From Gracilinanus agilis (lineage: Eukaryota), in NCBI RefSeq assembly GCF_016433145.1, contig NC_058131.1, forward strand, positions 576,279,257 to 576,343,256: a stretch of DNA of 64,000 nucleotides, written 5' to 3'. This document shows, piece after piece, positions 1 through 13,314 of the stretch. The first letter of the stretch is position 1. Every line of letters begins with the position of its first letter. A program made the position numbers and the translations under genes. Below the pieces are notes generated by a model. That model worked only from the letters and a program-made list of their open reading frames with translations. It did no database searches and had not been told where the DNA came from.

Positions 1-60
1 TCCTGAAAAGTTTTCATCTAGACTCTGCTTAAAGGCCTTTAAGGGCTAGGGAACAGACTA

Positions 61-245
61 TTTTTTTTTAAACCCTTGTACTTTGGTGTATTGTTTCATA
101 GGTGGAAGAGTGGTAAGGGTGGGCAATGGAGGTCAAGTGACTTGCCCAGGGTCACACAGCTGGGAAGTGGCTGAGGCCAGGTTTGAACCTAGGACCTTCT
201 GTCTCTAGGCCTGACTCTCACTCCACTGAGCTACCCAGCTGCCCC
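61..245 (-). mobile_element. SINE1_Mdo-like SINE, near full length
   Basis: Poly-T then aaacccttgtac...aagtgacttgcccagggtcacacagctggg...ctacccagctgcccc; TSD ggaacagacta at 50-60 and 247-257. Confidence 0.9.
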
Positions 246-422
246 AGGAACAGACTATTTTTTAAGGTTATCTATTCCACTTGACCATCGAGCTAAAATC
301 TGACTCTTAGCAAATTTTACCCATTCCTCCTAGTTCTGTTTGAGTTGAACAGAACATGCACAATCTCTTCTCCACATGATAGCCATTTAAACTTATAAAA
401 TAATGATGAGGTCACCCTAAAT

Positions 423-520
423 AAGGGGTTCTTAACTTTTTGTGTGTGTATACCATAGATACTTTGGCCATCTGGTAAAGTCTATGGAGCCCTTCTCAAA
501 ATAATGCTTTTAAATGTGAT
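423..520. mobile_element. hAT-Charlie (Charlie4-like) fragment
   Basis: aaggggttcttaactttttg...ctatggagcccttctcaaaataatgcttttaaatg resembles the Charlie4 terminal consensus; related pieces at ~9950-10090, ~21870-21990 and ~24155-24545. Confidence 0.6.
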
Positions 521-574
521 TTCATTCCATCCCTTTTTCTCCAGCAAATTGCCCTCTTTAGTTACTTATTTTAA

Positions 575-745
575 AAATCCTTACTTTCTGTCTTAGAATC
601 ACTACTGTGTATTGGTTCCAAAGCAAAAGAGTGACAAGAACTAGGCAGTGGGGATTAAGTGACTTGCCCAGGGTCTGAGGTCACATTTGAACCCAGGACT
701 TCCTGTCTCTGTGCCTAGCTCTCAATCCACTGAGCCACTAGGTGC
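575..745 (-). mobile_element. SINE1_Mdo-like SINE (diverged)
   Basis: aaaaatccttactttctgtcttagaatc...aagtgacttgcccaggg...gaacccaggac. Confidence 0.8.
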
Positions 746-789
746 TCTCCACTTCCCCTCCTTCCCCCCTTACCCTCTTTATTATTCCA

Positions 790-1980
790 CTCTCATTCAT
801 CTTCATATTCTCCTTTCTATTGTCTGCTTCACTACTACAACACACACTCTCATGTCTCTTCCATCCTCAAAAGCCTTACACTTGACCTGTCTGTTTTCCA
901 CCAGCTATCATTCCATCTCTCTCCTCCCTTTTACACTTAAATTCCTAGAGAAAGCCTTCTATAAATTGTGCCTTCACTTCCTCTCTTCTAGTTCTTTTCT
1001 CAACTCTTTTTAGTCTCACTTTTGACCTCATCACTCAACTGAAACCATTCTCTCCAGAGTTGACGGTCATTGCTTCACTGCCAAGTCTCATGGTCTTTTC
1101 AAAATCCTCTACCTTCTTGACTTCTCCTTGACACTGTCACTCTTTTCTCCTTCTCATTCCAGCCCTTCTTCCATTCAATAAGCTTCAGTGGCTCTCTTGT
1201 ACTTCCAGGATAAAATATGAAACGTTCTGTTTGACTTTTAAAACCCTTCATAACCTGCCTTCTTTCTTCCTTTCCAGCCCTCTTTCACCTTACATTCTGT
1301 GACACTGTCCTCAAAGGACCGCCTCCCATCACCATGCAGTTTCTCTAGCTGTCCCCCATTGCTTGGAATTCTCTCCCTCCTCATCTCTTCCTCATGGCTT
1401 CTCTGCTAAAATCTCGATATCTGCAAGAAGTCTTTCCTCCTTCCTCTTTAGTGTAGACTAGCATGAAAGAGAAAGTACTACTTCCCTCTGAAACTACCTC
1501 CAAGTTAAATTTAAAAAAATATATTATATGTATATATATATATATACATACACACATACAAGATTACCACATATCTATATATAGTTTATATAGATCTTCT
1601 CCAAGTTATCAATATGCACATGTATATACATATAACTCCATATCTATAGTTTTTATTGTCTACCTTCAAGTTATTATATATATTTATATATATAAGATAA
1701 CTATGTACCTATATATGGTTTATATAAACTACCTCCAAGTTATTATATATACATACAAGATAACTCCATATATATAGTTTATGTAGGCTAACTCTCTATA
1801 TCTGTATATACAAGATAACTACATAGCTACATAGAGTTTCTATAGACCAACTGCAAGTTATTATATATATTTATATATACAAGATGAATACATATCTATG
1901 TATGGTTTGTGTGTGTATATATATATATGTATATATATATATAAAGTTTTATACATAGTTGTTTGCATGTTCTCTCCCCT
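790..1980 (+). mobile_element. L2 LINE relic (RT fragment plus 3' end)
   Basis: ~1010-1140 matches the L2 RT pattern (PHHSTET..L..V; LLDLS..FDTV); L2 tail gttgtttgcatgttctctcccc at ~1958-1980. Confidence 0.7.
1494..1945. repeat. Degenerate TA-rich minisatellite, ~6 units of ~60-100 bp
   Basis: Recurrent ctacctccaagtt...tacaagataact.catat.tatatagttt units. Confidence 0.8.
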
Positions 1981-1995
1981 ACATATTTATTTATT

Positions 1996-2451
1996 ATGTC
2001 CTGGTCTATTATCCCTGAGTCAGGTAAATGACATCATTGTCCCCCTAAAGGGTTTAAATTTACTTTAAGGGATTGAGGCATTTCTCATCTCTACTGCTAG
2101 CAGCTATGATCCTCTCATTGTCTTGTTCTGCCAACTAATATCTTGAGACAAAAGGGAAGAGGTGATCTATAGAGATAGGTCATTCACCTAAGGGATCCTG
2201 ATAAAATGGTGGTGTAAGATCCAGACATCCTATGTCTTAGCTTTGTGCTAAATCTATAGGAACCACATAGCACAGGAGTTGTTCATGCGGTACCCAAATA
2301 GGCAAAGAAAGTGACACTCATGTGTAGTTAGAATGGTCTACCCCAAGACTACGTTCCCCAGAATTCCTTTAGTATTTTATTACCCAGCATTCCTTTCCCT
2401 TCATCTACAGTAGCATCCTTGCCTGTTTGTATATAGTTGTGGGTAACTTGG

Positions 2452-2493
<42 letters not shown>

Positions 2494-2570
2494 CCCATGT
2501 GTGTGGCTGGGAAAAGTTGAGTTTCTTTACTGAGGCTTTTCTTCCCTTGCTTCAAGTTATTATAAGTAAC
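1996..2570 (+). mobile_element. Probable ERV solo LTR containing a (TC)n tract (2452-2490)
   Basis: LTR-like layout; 2208-2315 is roughly 80% identical to the reverse complement of 13981-14090. Confidence 0.5.
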
Positions 2571-2914
2571 TTATTTTAAATTAAATTAAATCAATTTTTA
2601 AAAATTAATTTATGTTATTTATATATGTATGCTAATTATGTTGCACATAATTTTATGTGCATATATATATATAAATATATGAAATAAAATAATTAAACTT
2701 TTAAATTAAATTAAAAAATTAAATTTAATACTTAGAGTATTTGGATATTAATTTTTAATGTTATACTCATAAGCTGAGTTAATTATGATGAATGATTCCA
2801 AACATTTTCTGGATATAGGAAAAGCTCAGGAGTCTGTAGAAGAGCCCCTCAGTAAATGACTGATGAAGTAGCAACCAAAACAAACATGTGAAGATTATTA
2901 TTAAAAGAAAATCT

Positions 2915-3455
2915 CCAGATAACACCAAAAGCTTTCATAGTGGCACTTTTTGTAGTAGCAAAGAAATAGAAACAAATAGAAGCTCATTAATTAGAGAATG
3001 GCTAAACTTATAGTGGTATGTGAATGTAATGAAATTGCTGTACGAAACAATGAATATGATACTAGAGAGAAACATAAAAAGACTTACATAACCTAATGCA
3101 GAGGGAGAAAAGCAGAGCAAAATAAACAATACAATGACTACAATAATGTAAATGGATAGAACCACAAAACAAGAAAAAGTGAATGTTGCAGAATTTCAAA
3201 GAACAAGCATAGCCCCAAAGAAAAGATATGAGAAGACATCTTCCTCCCTACTGCTTTGCAGAGGTGGAAGTCCACAGGTATGGAACACTTCATATTTTCT
3301 CTCTCTCTTTCTCTTGATATATTAATCAATTTCACTAATTTTTTCTCTTTTTCCTAATTTTCCTTTATAATTTTTTTTTGTTATGTAGAGAAGTGAAAAG
3401 AGGGATTTAGGGAGAAATTTAAAGAATATAAAAGCAAATTACATCAATAAACATA
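2915..3455 (+). mobile_element. Old L1 ORF2 C-terminus/3'UTR fragment
   Basis: gcactttttgtagtagcaaagaa...gaatggctaaac...atgtaatgaa L1 motif; related copy in opposite orientation at 13315-13880. Confidence 0.75.
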
Positions 3456-5109
3456 TAAAAAACCCCAAATGGACGCCCTTCTTTTCCTTCATCATCTCAT
3501 CACACATAAGAAATGCCCTTAAAAAAGCATGTCCTTTAAACTAGATGGTTAAATTAACTGCACAGTTAAATTACCCTAACATGACACAGTAGACAAAGTA
3601 CTAGTTTTAGAAGCAGAAGCTATAGGTTCAGCTTCCAGCTTTCTCAAATACTTTCTATTTGGCCTCAAGCAAGTCATTTAACCTCCCAGGCCTCAATTTC
3701 CTTATCTGAAAAATTAGGGGGTTGGACTGGAAGATGTCTAAGTTTCTTTACAGTTCTAAATCTATGGTCTTATGAGTCTTTGATGATATTTTGTGAGCTA
3801 AGCTGGGATAGGTAAGGATGCTCTTTGAATGATCAGTGTTCCCTTTATGACAGAGCAGAAAATAAAATATCTTTGAATAAAGGGGGAAAAAAAGTTCTCT
3901 CAGAAGCAAATGAGGGAAAGGGCTGGAGCTCACAGGCTTTTTTGAAAACCTTTATAATTAGTCAAAGATATTTTCCTTTACCATGCTTAGCCAACCAGAA
4001 CCAGTCACAGAATGTCCACACATGTTTAACAGTCTCTTCAAGGTACTTCCATTTGTGGCGGGTGAAAGAGGAAATGACTGAGGAAATAAAGGTCTGATCT
4101 TCTCAGCAGATTGATTTATTCAGCAATGTATGCTAGTTGCCTAACAAATCAGAACCAGGCCCCTTCCTTAGCTAAGGATTGGACTCCAAATAAAGGGGGA
4201 GACAGGCTTTTTATACATGAAAAACAATTAATCAAATAAGGCCAATTAATTAAAAGGAAACAATACCACATTAGGTGATCTGATTTCCAACTGGAAGGAA
4301 TATTAGAGAATTTACAAGTTGGGAGGGGAAGAGTGAATAGCTGCAATTCCCTGAATTCAGAATAAAAGAGGTATCCCACTGCCTTTCAGTGTCTGTAAAC
4401 AATCAAAGGAACATGGAAACAATAACTGAATCATCAGTATGGGGCCAGTTTTCAGATAAAACATATGGGTTCCTTGAGATATACAATTGTGAGAAAACTT
4501 CTTGAATCAGTCTTTGTGGTCTATGTTGTATTTTTATTTAAAAAAGAACCTTTTTACATTTTAATTTTAATCTAGGTTCAGCTGCACTGGACCTGGTCAC
4601 TGGTGGCCAATGAGTTTGACATCTCTGTTATAGGCAACAGAGAAGATGCTGAAGTATTGTATTGGTAAAGAGCTTCCTCATCTGGGAATGATCTATAAAA
4701 TCACAGATCTAGTACATTATCCTCTAGGTGCACGGTATAGAGGCAGTGTGTTATAATAGATAAAATGCTAGGTTTAAAGTTAGGAAGACCAGGGTTCAAT
4801 TCCTCCCACCTCTGACATTTATTAGCCACATAACTTATCCTCAGTATGCCCCAACCAACTTCCTAAAATTCATCCCTGAAAGATGAAGGAATTGGACTGG
4901 ATGACCTCGAAACTCAAAATTTATGATTCTAAGACTTACTAAGTTGAGGTTGCATTGGTAGAAGTTTCTATATTAGAAACTATCTAGGCTGAAGCAATCA
5001 AGGTTTCCTTTATATTTTTCTATATCAATGCCAGGCACTGGGGATACAAACACCAAAAATGGAAATGAAGGCTATTCTTCACAAATGGACATTCAACAGG
5101 AACCACAAA

Positions 5110-5238
5110 NNNNNNNNNNNNNNNNNNNNNNNNNNNNNNNNNNNNNNNNNNNNNNNNNNNNNNNNNNNNNNNNNNNNNNNNNNNNNNNNNNNNNNNNNNN
5201 NNNNNNNNNNNNNNNNNNNNNNNNNNNNNNNNNNNNNN
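5110..5238. other. Assembly gap (129 N)
   Basis: N run. Confidence 1.
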
Positions 5239-6501
5239 GACTCTGGATCTATGTTCCTATGATACCTTGAAAAATGGAAGAAGAATGCTTGGATTTGATG
5301 GGACTTAAGAATTGTTTATTCTTCTGGGAAAATTTAGTCTGGAGTGAGTCATCTGTAGCCATTGGTAGTTGCTGGAATTTTTTCTCCCCAGGAAGAGTAA
5401 GAGAAGTCAGTCTAGGATCCTGAGTCATATCCCCTACAGGAGAACAAACAGCCAGAACAAAAATGGTATGTTACACTCCCAAGTTCATTTTGGGTAAAAC
5501 ATACTAGGTCCTTATTACAGTATATTTTTTTGGGGAAAACACATAAAAAATATATATATGTATATGTATATATATACATATGAAAAACAGATTTAGAAGG
5601 CTCCATAAAATCCACAAGAGAGGGGAAGTTTCCAGATGGGAAATAAACTTTTTATTTAACCAGCAGTTTCAAAGGATTCTCTATAGCCACAGCTTTGGTC
5701 TAGGCTGGCGTGGGGTTAGGGGGTGGTGTTTGACTTGGTTTGCTGAGCCTAAGAGGGCCTGAATGGCAACAGGAAACTAAGCACCGAACTCCTAATTGCC
5801 ATACTCCTCACACAAAAGAACTATCTAGAGGCTAACTCTAGGCTGGAAAATATGGTGGGGGTGAGGGGTGTCTTAGGTGGCTACATGAACTTTCCTGGTA
5901 ACATCTACAAAAGGGAATTCAAAGCCCAGCTACCAAAGATGGTCCTGAGAAGATGAAATAATGGGGAAAATAGATCTCTCAGTTCCTCGTCTCTCAAACT
6001 TCTGAATGAATTGAAAGCTTGACATTTGGATGGGAGTAGCCGGAACAAACCAGGTGTTGCAACTCAGAGAACTGAGTCTCCCTAAGACCAAGCATGCTGG
6101 TTCAGTAAAATTTCAAGTATTTTGAAATTTTGGTTGCATAAAACTACAGATTAAGGGATTTTTGGAGTCAACTAGACCCACATATTCACGTTAAACAGAT
6201 AGAAAAACAGAAGCTGTGAGGGGTTAAATGATTAGCTTGAGGTCACAGAAATAGTAAATGGAAGAGCTGAGACATGAAGCGATCTGTCTAGCTGAGGTTT
6301 CTGGTTTCTGAAAGGTAGAAGGACAACAAACAAATATTAAGCATTTTATATGAATCTTTCTAAAATATATTACACACTTAGACATATATCATCTTAGACA
6401 TTACTGTGCTTTTTTTCCCCACTCAAGGATATCATCATGAACATGAAAAATCATAGTGTGTTGTCATAGTCATATCTTTAGGACCTATAGACCTATAGTC
6501 A

Positions 6502-6606
6502 GTCTGATTCACTCTATTCCCAAACCCACAGAACGCGCACCTCTGCTTCTTAGGGTGGTTAGAGAAACCTGGTGATCTTTACAACTACGCATGAGAGGGG
6601 CCCTTG

Positions 6607-6650
<44 letters not shown>
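6502..6650. mobile_element. LTR fragment plus (GA)n, inverted relative to the 8760-9213 LTR
   Basis: 6502-6608 is roughly 88% identical to the reverse complement of 9015-9119. Confidence 0.6.
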
Positions 6651-7849
6651 ATGTGCCCCACTGAAATGAATTTGTGTATATCTACTCTTCCATTCACCAG
6701 CTGCTCTGCATCAGCTCAAATTAGAATTCCTGCCCAGGAAGAGTTTTGAAATCCTGATCCATTTCTATGAAAGATTTTGCAGGTGCTCCAGACTAAGGCC
6801 TCATGGGTGGAAGGAGACCTGGGCATGCACTAGGGGAATACAAAGGGGTCCCACTGAAATTGTCACTGCCCTGTTCCTGTCAAACTTTGGTGTCAATCAC
6901 ACTTCCTAGCACTTGTCAAGCTGTCACCACTCTACCTCTCTTGAGCCAGGAGGGCAAGCGGCAATGTGGAGGGGGCAAGGCAGAGTACATCAACAAGGCC
7001 TGTTATATGAAAAGAAGAGTTGCATTTGTAAATGCCACTTTTTATAAGAAACATATTCCCCTCTTTGGGTTGGAGGAATTGGGGTATGCCCACTCCCAGT
7101 TCCTGCCTTGGAGCACACAGACTCTGCTTAGACAACAGGTGGAAACTGAACCGCCCTTTTCTTCTAATGTAGAACAGGTGGAGGTTTGCTGGAGGGAGGA
7201 GCGGGGCGGTGGGAGGGAGTCCTGAGGCATGGGCTGCCTGCCTTTGCCACAGACTCCAAGCAGCATGGAAAAACAGAAAATGCTGGTGAAAAAGCCAACG
7301 GCCTTCACTTAGACTGTAATAATTTTAGGTAAAAAAATCATGAAGACCTCTTCAATGCCACAGAGATTCTGTATCTCCTGTGCTTCCCTTCTGTGCTACT
7401 CCCCCTCTCACTGCCTCCATCTTATCATCACCTTCTGAAGCCCCTATGCAGGAACTCATTGTAAGATGAACTATAAAAAGGCACCTGGCAGGGGCTCCTC
7501 TCCTCCCAGTCAGGCTTCAAAGGAACTCTGGACCCAAGGCAATTGCTAGGAATTTGAGCTCCTATGTTGGAAAAAAAAATGGGCTTCAGCCTGAATGCAC
7601 AGGTGGGGAGGTGGCGATAAGGTCCATCCATGACTGTGAGCAGCTGGTTTTGAGGTGGAGTGAGAGGAGTGAGTGTGTAGGAGGGGAAGACTCAATCCTG
7701 GTCTTCTGGACGGTTTGATTGAACTCTTCTCTTTTTAATGCCGTCTTCTCCTTTCAATTCCATCCTTCCCTTTTCTCCTTACATAGAATTACCCTTAAAC
7801 AAACTAAAGAGGTAAGGCAAAGTTTTCACACCTTTTAAAATTAAATTAA

Positions 7850-8095
7850 ATTATTTAAATTTTATTAATTGATTTAGACTATTTTCCCATGGTTACATGA
7901 TTCATGTTCTTTCCCTCCCCTCCTCCCACCCCTCTCCCCTAGCCAACAAGCAATTCCACTGGGTTTTACATGTGTTATTGCTCAAGATCTAGTTCCATAT
8001 TATTAATATTTGCATTAGGGTGATCATTTAGTGTCTACATCCCCAATCATATCCCCATCAACTCATGTGATCAAGCAGTTGTTTTTCTTCTGTTT
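7850..8095 (-). mobile_element. L1 3'UTR tail (Monodelphis-type)
   Basis: ttttcccatggttacatgattcatgttctttccctcccctcc...tcaagcagttgtttttcttctg. Confidence 0.9.
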
Positions 8096-8759
8096 CACAA
8101 CTTTTTATCCCCTAAATCTTTTTTGAATCTCTAGCCTTTCTCTCTAACCCTGCCATATGCCATGTTCCTTCCTTTTGGGGTGTGTTCCTACTCTTCTATC
8201 TGCCACTATCCTCAGTCCTCACAGCACAGAGTGGAAGAGTCGAAATTACAGATGTTATTTCTCTTAGGAATATTTGCATTTTAACACACATTATAGTATT
8301 GCCGAGAGTAGCATGGAAGGGAAGCATAAAAGATACAGTATCTCTGTGGCATTCAAGGGGTCCTCATGGTTTTTTACCTAGGACTTATTACAATCTAAAT
8401 GAAGGCCATTGGCTTTTTCATCAGGATTTTCTGTTTTTCCATGTTGGCTGGGGGCTGTGGCAAAGGCCACAGAAAAAAGAAGAAAAAAAGAAGAAAGGGG
8501 CATTTCAGGTTCCACCTGTCATCTAAAGTCTGTGATCATAGTTGATCATTCCACAATATTGCTGTTATTGTATACAATGTTCTCCTGATTCTCCTCATTT
8601 CACTTTGCATCAGTTCATGTAGGTCTTTCCAGTTCTTTCTGAAATAATTTCTTACAGCATAATAGATATTCAATATCCATCAATTCTGACTTTATTTCCT
8701 GGCTAATATGTCTCAGGGCAGGTCAGAACTTCAGTATCCTTATCAAGTTTTAGATAGAT

Positions 8760-9213
8760 TGTGGCCTGTGTATAGAGGGAGAGGAAATCATAGCTCTTCC
8801 CATGTTCTATGAAATGAAAGTCTCTCTGTCTCTCTCTGTCTCTCTGTCTCTCTTCTCTCTCTCCCTCTCCCTCTCCCTCTCTTTCTTCCTTCCCCCTCCC
8901 TCTCCCTGTTTCCCTCTCCCCTTCTCTCCTAGTAAAGAAAATTAAGAAGGCAAGGGAGATTTGGAGAGACAGATGTGTTAGGGTAGACTTTCCCCAGAGT
9001 TCTTTTAATCATACCACAAGGGTCCCTCTCATGTGTAGTTTTAAAGATCACCAGGTTTCTAACCACCCTAAGAAGCAGAGATGTGTGTTCTGTGGGTTTG
9101 AGAATAGAGTGAACCAGATGGACCATTCAATCTCAAACCCTAGAGCAGAGTACAATTTCAAAAACTCTCCTAAAGATATCTCTAGCTTATTCTCAAATAG
9201 AAAGCTATCCACA
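8760..9213. mobile_element. Probable solo LTR with an internal pyrimidine microsatellite
   Basis: TGTGG...CCACA termini; homologous fragment at 6502-6608; no clean TSD. Confidence 0.55.
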
Positions 9214-10385
9214 TAGGAGGAACTCGGATACAAACTCTGAAGTCCACCCAGCCCAACCAAATCATTTATGTAGTATAAAAGACTCTACTTATTAAAAGAA
9301 CAAAACAAAACCTCAAAATTGCTCAAATTATTTTTAAAGTCAGTACTGGTACCAAAATGTTCTGGCATGGCTGAGTCTAAGCCACACCAAACTCGAAATT
9401 GCCTGCATCTGGACAGCTGTTGTGTCCATGGAATAAGAGTACCAAATTATATATTTTGCTTTGGAGTTATCCAACAATAACTCATATTCCTCCTCCCAGT
9501 TTTTCTTTCCACAATCAAAACTATCACTCCGGAGTCCCAAGCAGAGCCAAATCATAAGAAAATCAGAGGGACAGAATGGGGCTATGGAGGGAGCTGCTGG
9601 CATTACTTGCTTTTGGCATCTACTTGGAGGGACTGCAAATACAAATCTGAAATCATTGAGGGAAGCTGGTGATCACAACAAAGCTTCTAGAGGATTTGAA
9701 CAGATGGGTGTCAATAGGTGTCCTTCTCTCTGCCAATTCAGCACCATACTTACCACCTCTTCTCTCACCCAATTCATTTGGTGTAGTAGTGTAGGTGTAG
9801 GCAGCTCTGGAGCTATCCAAACTCCCACTAACCCTCCTACATGTGTGCAGGTGCATGCTTACCCAGAGAGAGACACCTACTTACCCTTCCTCCCTTCCAG
9901 ATTCTCACCATTAGGAGACATTTTGTCGCAATGACTATTAAAGCATCATTTTTAAACACAATGCTTCAAAAACATTTTTTTGTGTGTCCCTTTGGCATTC
10001 TGGTGAAGCCTACAGGTTTGTACTCAGAGGTTTTTAAATCCACAAAATAAAATAAATAGGACTATAAGGGAAATCAAAGATACTGAAAATAAAGATAATT
10101 TTTCCTAGCCCAAGTTTATTGCTCCCCTGAAGCCTATCTACATCTGTGAAACCCAGATTAATCCCTGATCAAGGAGAAGAGACATTACCTAATCCATATT
10201 AGCACCAGTTGCCACCTAATAGAGATTAACACTTTGAGGAAATGAGATATAGCGTTGGCCTGTGTGACTACTTTTTAGCTGTAACTGAAATACATTCAAA
10301 CCTTGAGTTAAATTCCTGGTGTGGCCCACATGAAATGATGAAAAGTGAAATGAAGAGAACTGAGAGACGTTATACAGATGTTATA

Positions 10386-10834
10386 CAGGTATATTCCACA
10401 TTGTGACTTTCCCATATTGTGGTTGGCATAAGAAATTAAGTGGGAATTTTTTGGGAGTTTTGTGGAAGCCCCAGACAACACACAAAGGCCAGCAGATGAC
10501 ACAGAAAAAGTTTAGCAACTTAGAAGTGCATAAAATGTATGTACAGTATTATACAATATCAACATATTTTATCTTTTAATACCACAAATATGTACAATTT
10601 CTTTTTTAAAGGTAAAATTGCAAAAAGAGCCTGAAAACCAGCAGACACACGAGGCTAGAAATGTAGAGATTTCTTAAAAAGATAAGTAACTCATAAAAGC
10701 ATATTTATGCCAACCACAAAAAAGAAAAAATTCAGACTTGTCTGGTATGAAGAAAGGGCCAAAAAATTTTACATGGATTTTCCAAATGGGGGGGGGGTCA
10801 TACCCCTAACCCCATGATGTGGAAAGGATGCCTG
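10386..10834. mobile_element. Tc1/mariner (Tigger-type) non-autonomous DNA transposon
   Basis: TA TSDs at 10384-85 and 10835-36; degenerate TIRs caggtatattccacattgtg / catgatgtggaaaggatgcctg. Confidence 0.8.
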
Positions 10835-12721
10835 TATTTAAGCAACAGAAATATTGTTTGAAGATGTATGTCTTATGTATGTTCACTTGCAGAGAAATAA
10901 TTGATAAATAGAAATAAGGAAGGTATCATTTTATATATACATATATCTTTTTGTCAGTGATGCCTTCACTAGCGCGGAGAGGGGGAGGGAACAAGGGAGG
11001 AAGTCAACAGGGGATTTTAATGTAATAAATAAACATTAATTAATTTTTTAAATTCCTGGTATACATTAAGCAACAGATCCACCTCAAGTGCATGCTGATG
11101 AACTTGGAGATGCTTGGTATTCACAATCTAATTCTGTGCTTGCTTCTGTGAATTTGCAAATGAAAGATTTTGATCCTGAAAGAAAAAGAATTACCATAAT
11201 CAGTCTTAGTCCTGGAAAAAGTATGAGGAGGTACCTCCATTTTTCCATAGAAAGTTAGAGGGGCATACATGATATGAATCATATGTCGATTAGTTTCCTT
11301 CAAGTAATTTTCTTTGTTAAAATGACTTTCTTTTTTGTGTGGTGGGGTGAGTTGAGTGGGTTTATATCCAGAGAGATAAATGTAATGTAAAAACAAAAGA
11401 TATCAATAAAACATTTTAATTAAAAAAAATGAAAGGCTCGTTCCTTTCCTACATTCCTCTTGTCACTAGGAAGCTAGGGGTATCCAGAAAGAGATGGAGG
11501 ACAATGGTACAGCATGAAGGACAGGCATGTTAGAGAAGGAATTTCCTAGATGTTCAAGATTCCTAGATGTTCCTACCTAACCCTCAATTTTATTTAGGCA
11601 ACTGAGTGACTCTTCTTTCTGCTTGCTTTTACAGACCTGAACACTCTAGCCAGGACTGACAATGCTTTTGTTATTGTTTTTCAGTCAATCAGGAAGCATG
11701 CTCTCTCAAGAAGGAAATCATTGGTCTCTTATTTCTATTGTGCAGGAGGTAACCTACCTAGTCAATACATAGGGTTGGTTTTGATTATGTGATTTAGAAT
11801 ATTTTATGTTAGGATATAGCATGAGACTGATTACCTTATAGAAATAGGAAATATTTGGAATAGGTGTCCTGGGGTAAAATCAGATTCATTCCACAACATT
11901 TATGATTTTTTGCATGGGATCCTTGGAAGGACAAAAGACCCCATTTGGCCCCCTTGACCATGCTACAAATTCCTGGCCACATGGATGAATCTCCAAGTTT
12001 TGAAGAAATAGCAAGTTTCCCTTTAAGTGAATCTGACATGAGAAAACATGTGAGAAAAGTCAGAGGGATAAATCTATTTTCCATACTTGTTTCTTAAATA
12101 TGTGTGCAATTTAAAAAAAAAAATCAAAGGAAGCAACAACCCCCAAATATTGAGATGTGTAAACCACAGGATTTAGCATCCAGTGACATCCTGTCTTGAA
12201 TTGTTCTCTTCCACTTTCACGTGAGTCTCATTTGCTCATCTATATTAAAAGCCCCTTGGCATCAGACCTAGCTTCTGCTAGGCATCCTCCACAATGCACA
12301 GTGAGCTTCTGGTTACGTAGTAAGTACCTGATAAATGTTTATTGATCGCACATCAGCTTAGAAATGAACACTTTGAGAAAAAACTGCCAGAGAAAATGAA
12401 TGCTGTCTAGAGAAAGACTGACCCCAAAGGCAAAGTAGAACCATCACTAAATATTTATTTTGGGGCAAATTCAGTCTGAAAGAGTCCTATCCTCACTTAT
12501 TTCAGGGCTGGGAAGAGGGTGGTCTTTAGTGAAATGGGCCCTGTCAATGGGGCTCAGAAGGTGAGAGACTCCAGAAGTTCTAAGGATTTGGGGACTTTAG
12601 CCCTAGTGGTCATGGGACAGCAGTTTCTGTTGGGGGAAATGGACTCCTGAGGAGAATGCATACTGTGGCATGTTGTTGCTCTGAGGCGAAGCCCCTGTTG
12701 GCCCTGACTAGTTAGTGGCCA

Positions 12722-12962
12722 GGGGAGCTGGGTGGCATAGTGGATAGAGAGCAAGGTCTGGAGTCAGGAAGACCTGGGTTCAAATCTGACCTCAGATACC
12801 AGCTATATGACCCTGAACAACTATTTGTTGTTAAACTCTATTTGCCTCAGTTTCCTCAGGTATCAAATGAACTGGAGAAGGAAATGGCAAACCACTCCAG
12901 TATCTTTGCCAAGACAACCCCAAATGAGATCGTGAAGAGTCAGACATGACTAAACAACAACA
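12722..12962 (+). mobile_element. MAR1/MIR-core SINE
   Basis: ggggagctgggtggcatagtggatagagagc...ggaaatggcaaaccactccagtatctttgccaag...aaacaacaacaa. Confidence 0.85.
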
Positions 12963-13314
12963 ATGTTTCTGCTCTGTAATAAGGGGAAAACTGATCAAAG
13001 CCTGGCCTTATCTATCCCAGCTTAGCTCACAGAATGTGATCAGAGATTCATAAGACCATAGATTTAGAGCTGTAAGTGACCTTAGACATCTCCCAGTCCA
13101 ACCCCCTAATTTTTCAGATGAGGAATTGAGATCTAGAGAGGTTAAGAGATTTGTCTAAGTCCATGCAGGTAGTAAGTATTTGACAGAGCTGGGTTTTGAA
13201 CCTATAGCTTCTGCCTCTAAAACCAGTACTTTTCCCACTGTCATATTAAGATAATTTAACTGGCCAATTTAAAGGACATACTTATTTAGAGGGCACTTCA
13301 TATATGTGATGAGA

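Noticed and set aside
1463-1777. 104-aa I/Y-rich ORF
   Set aside because: Translation of the TA-rich minisatellite.
6803-7225. 140-aa ATG ORF
   Set aside because: No recognisable homology; overlapped by opposite-strand ORFs in GC-richer DNA.
9461-9934. 157-aa ORF (TTG start)
   Set aside because: No recognisable domain, codon signature or exon structure; ORFs of this length occur by chance in 64 kb.
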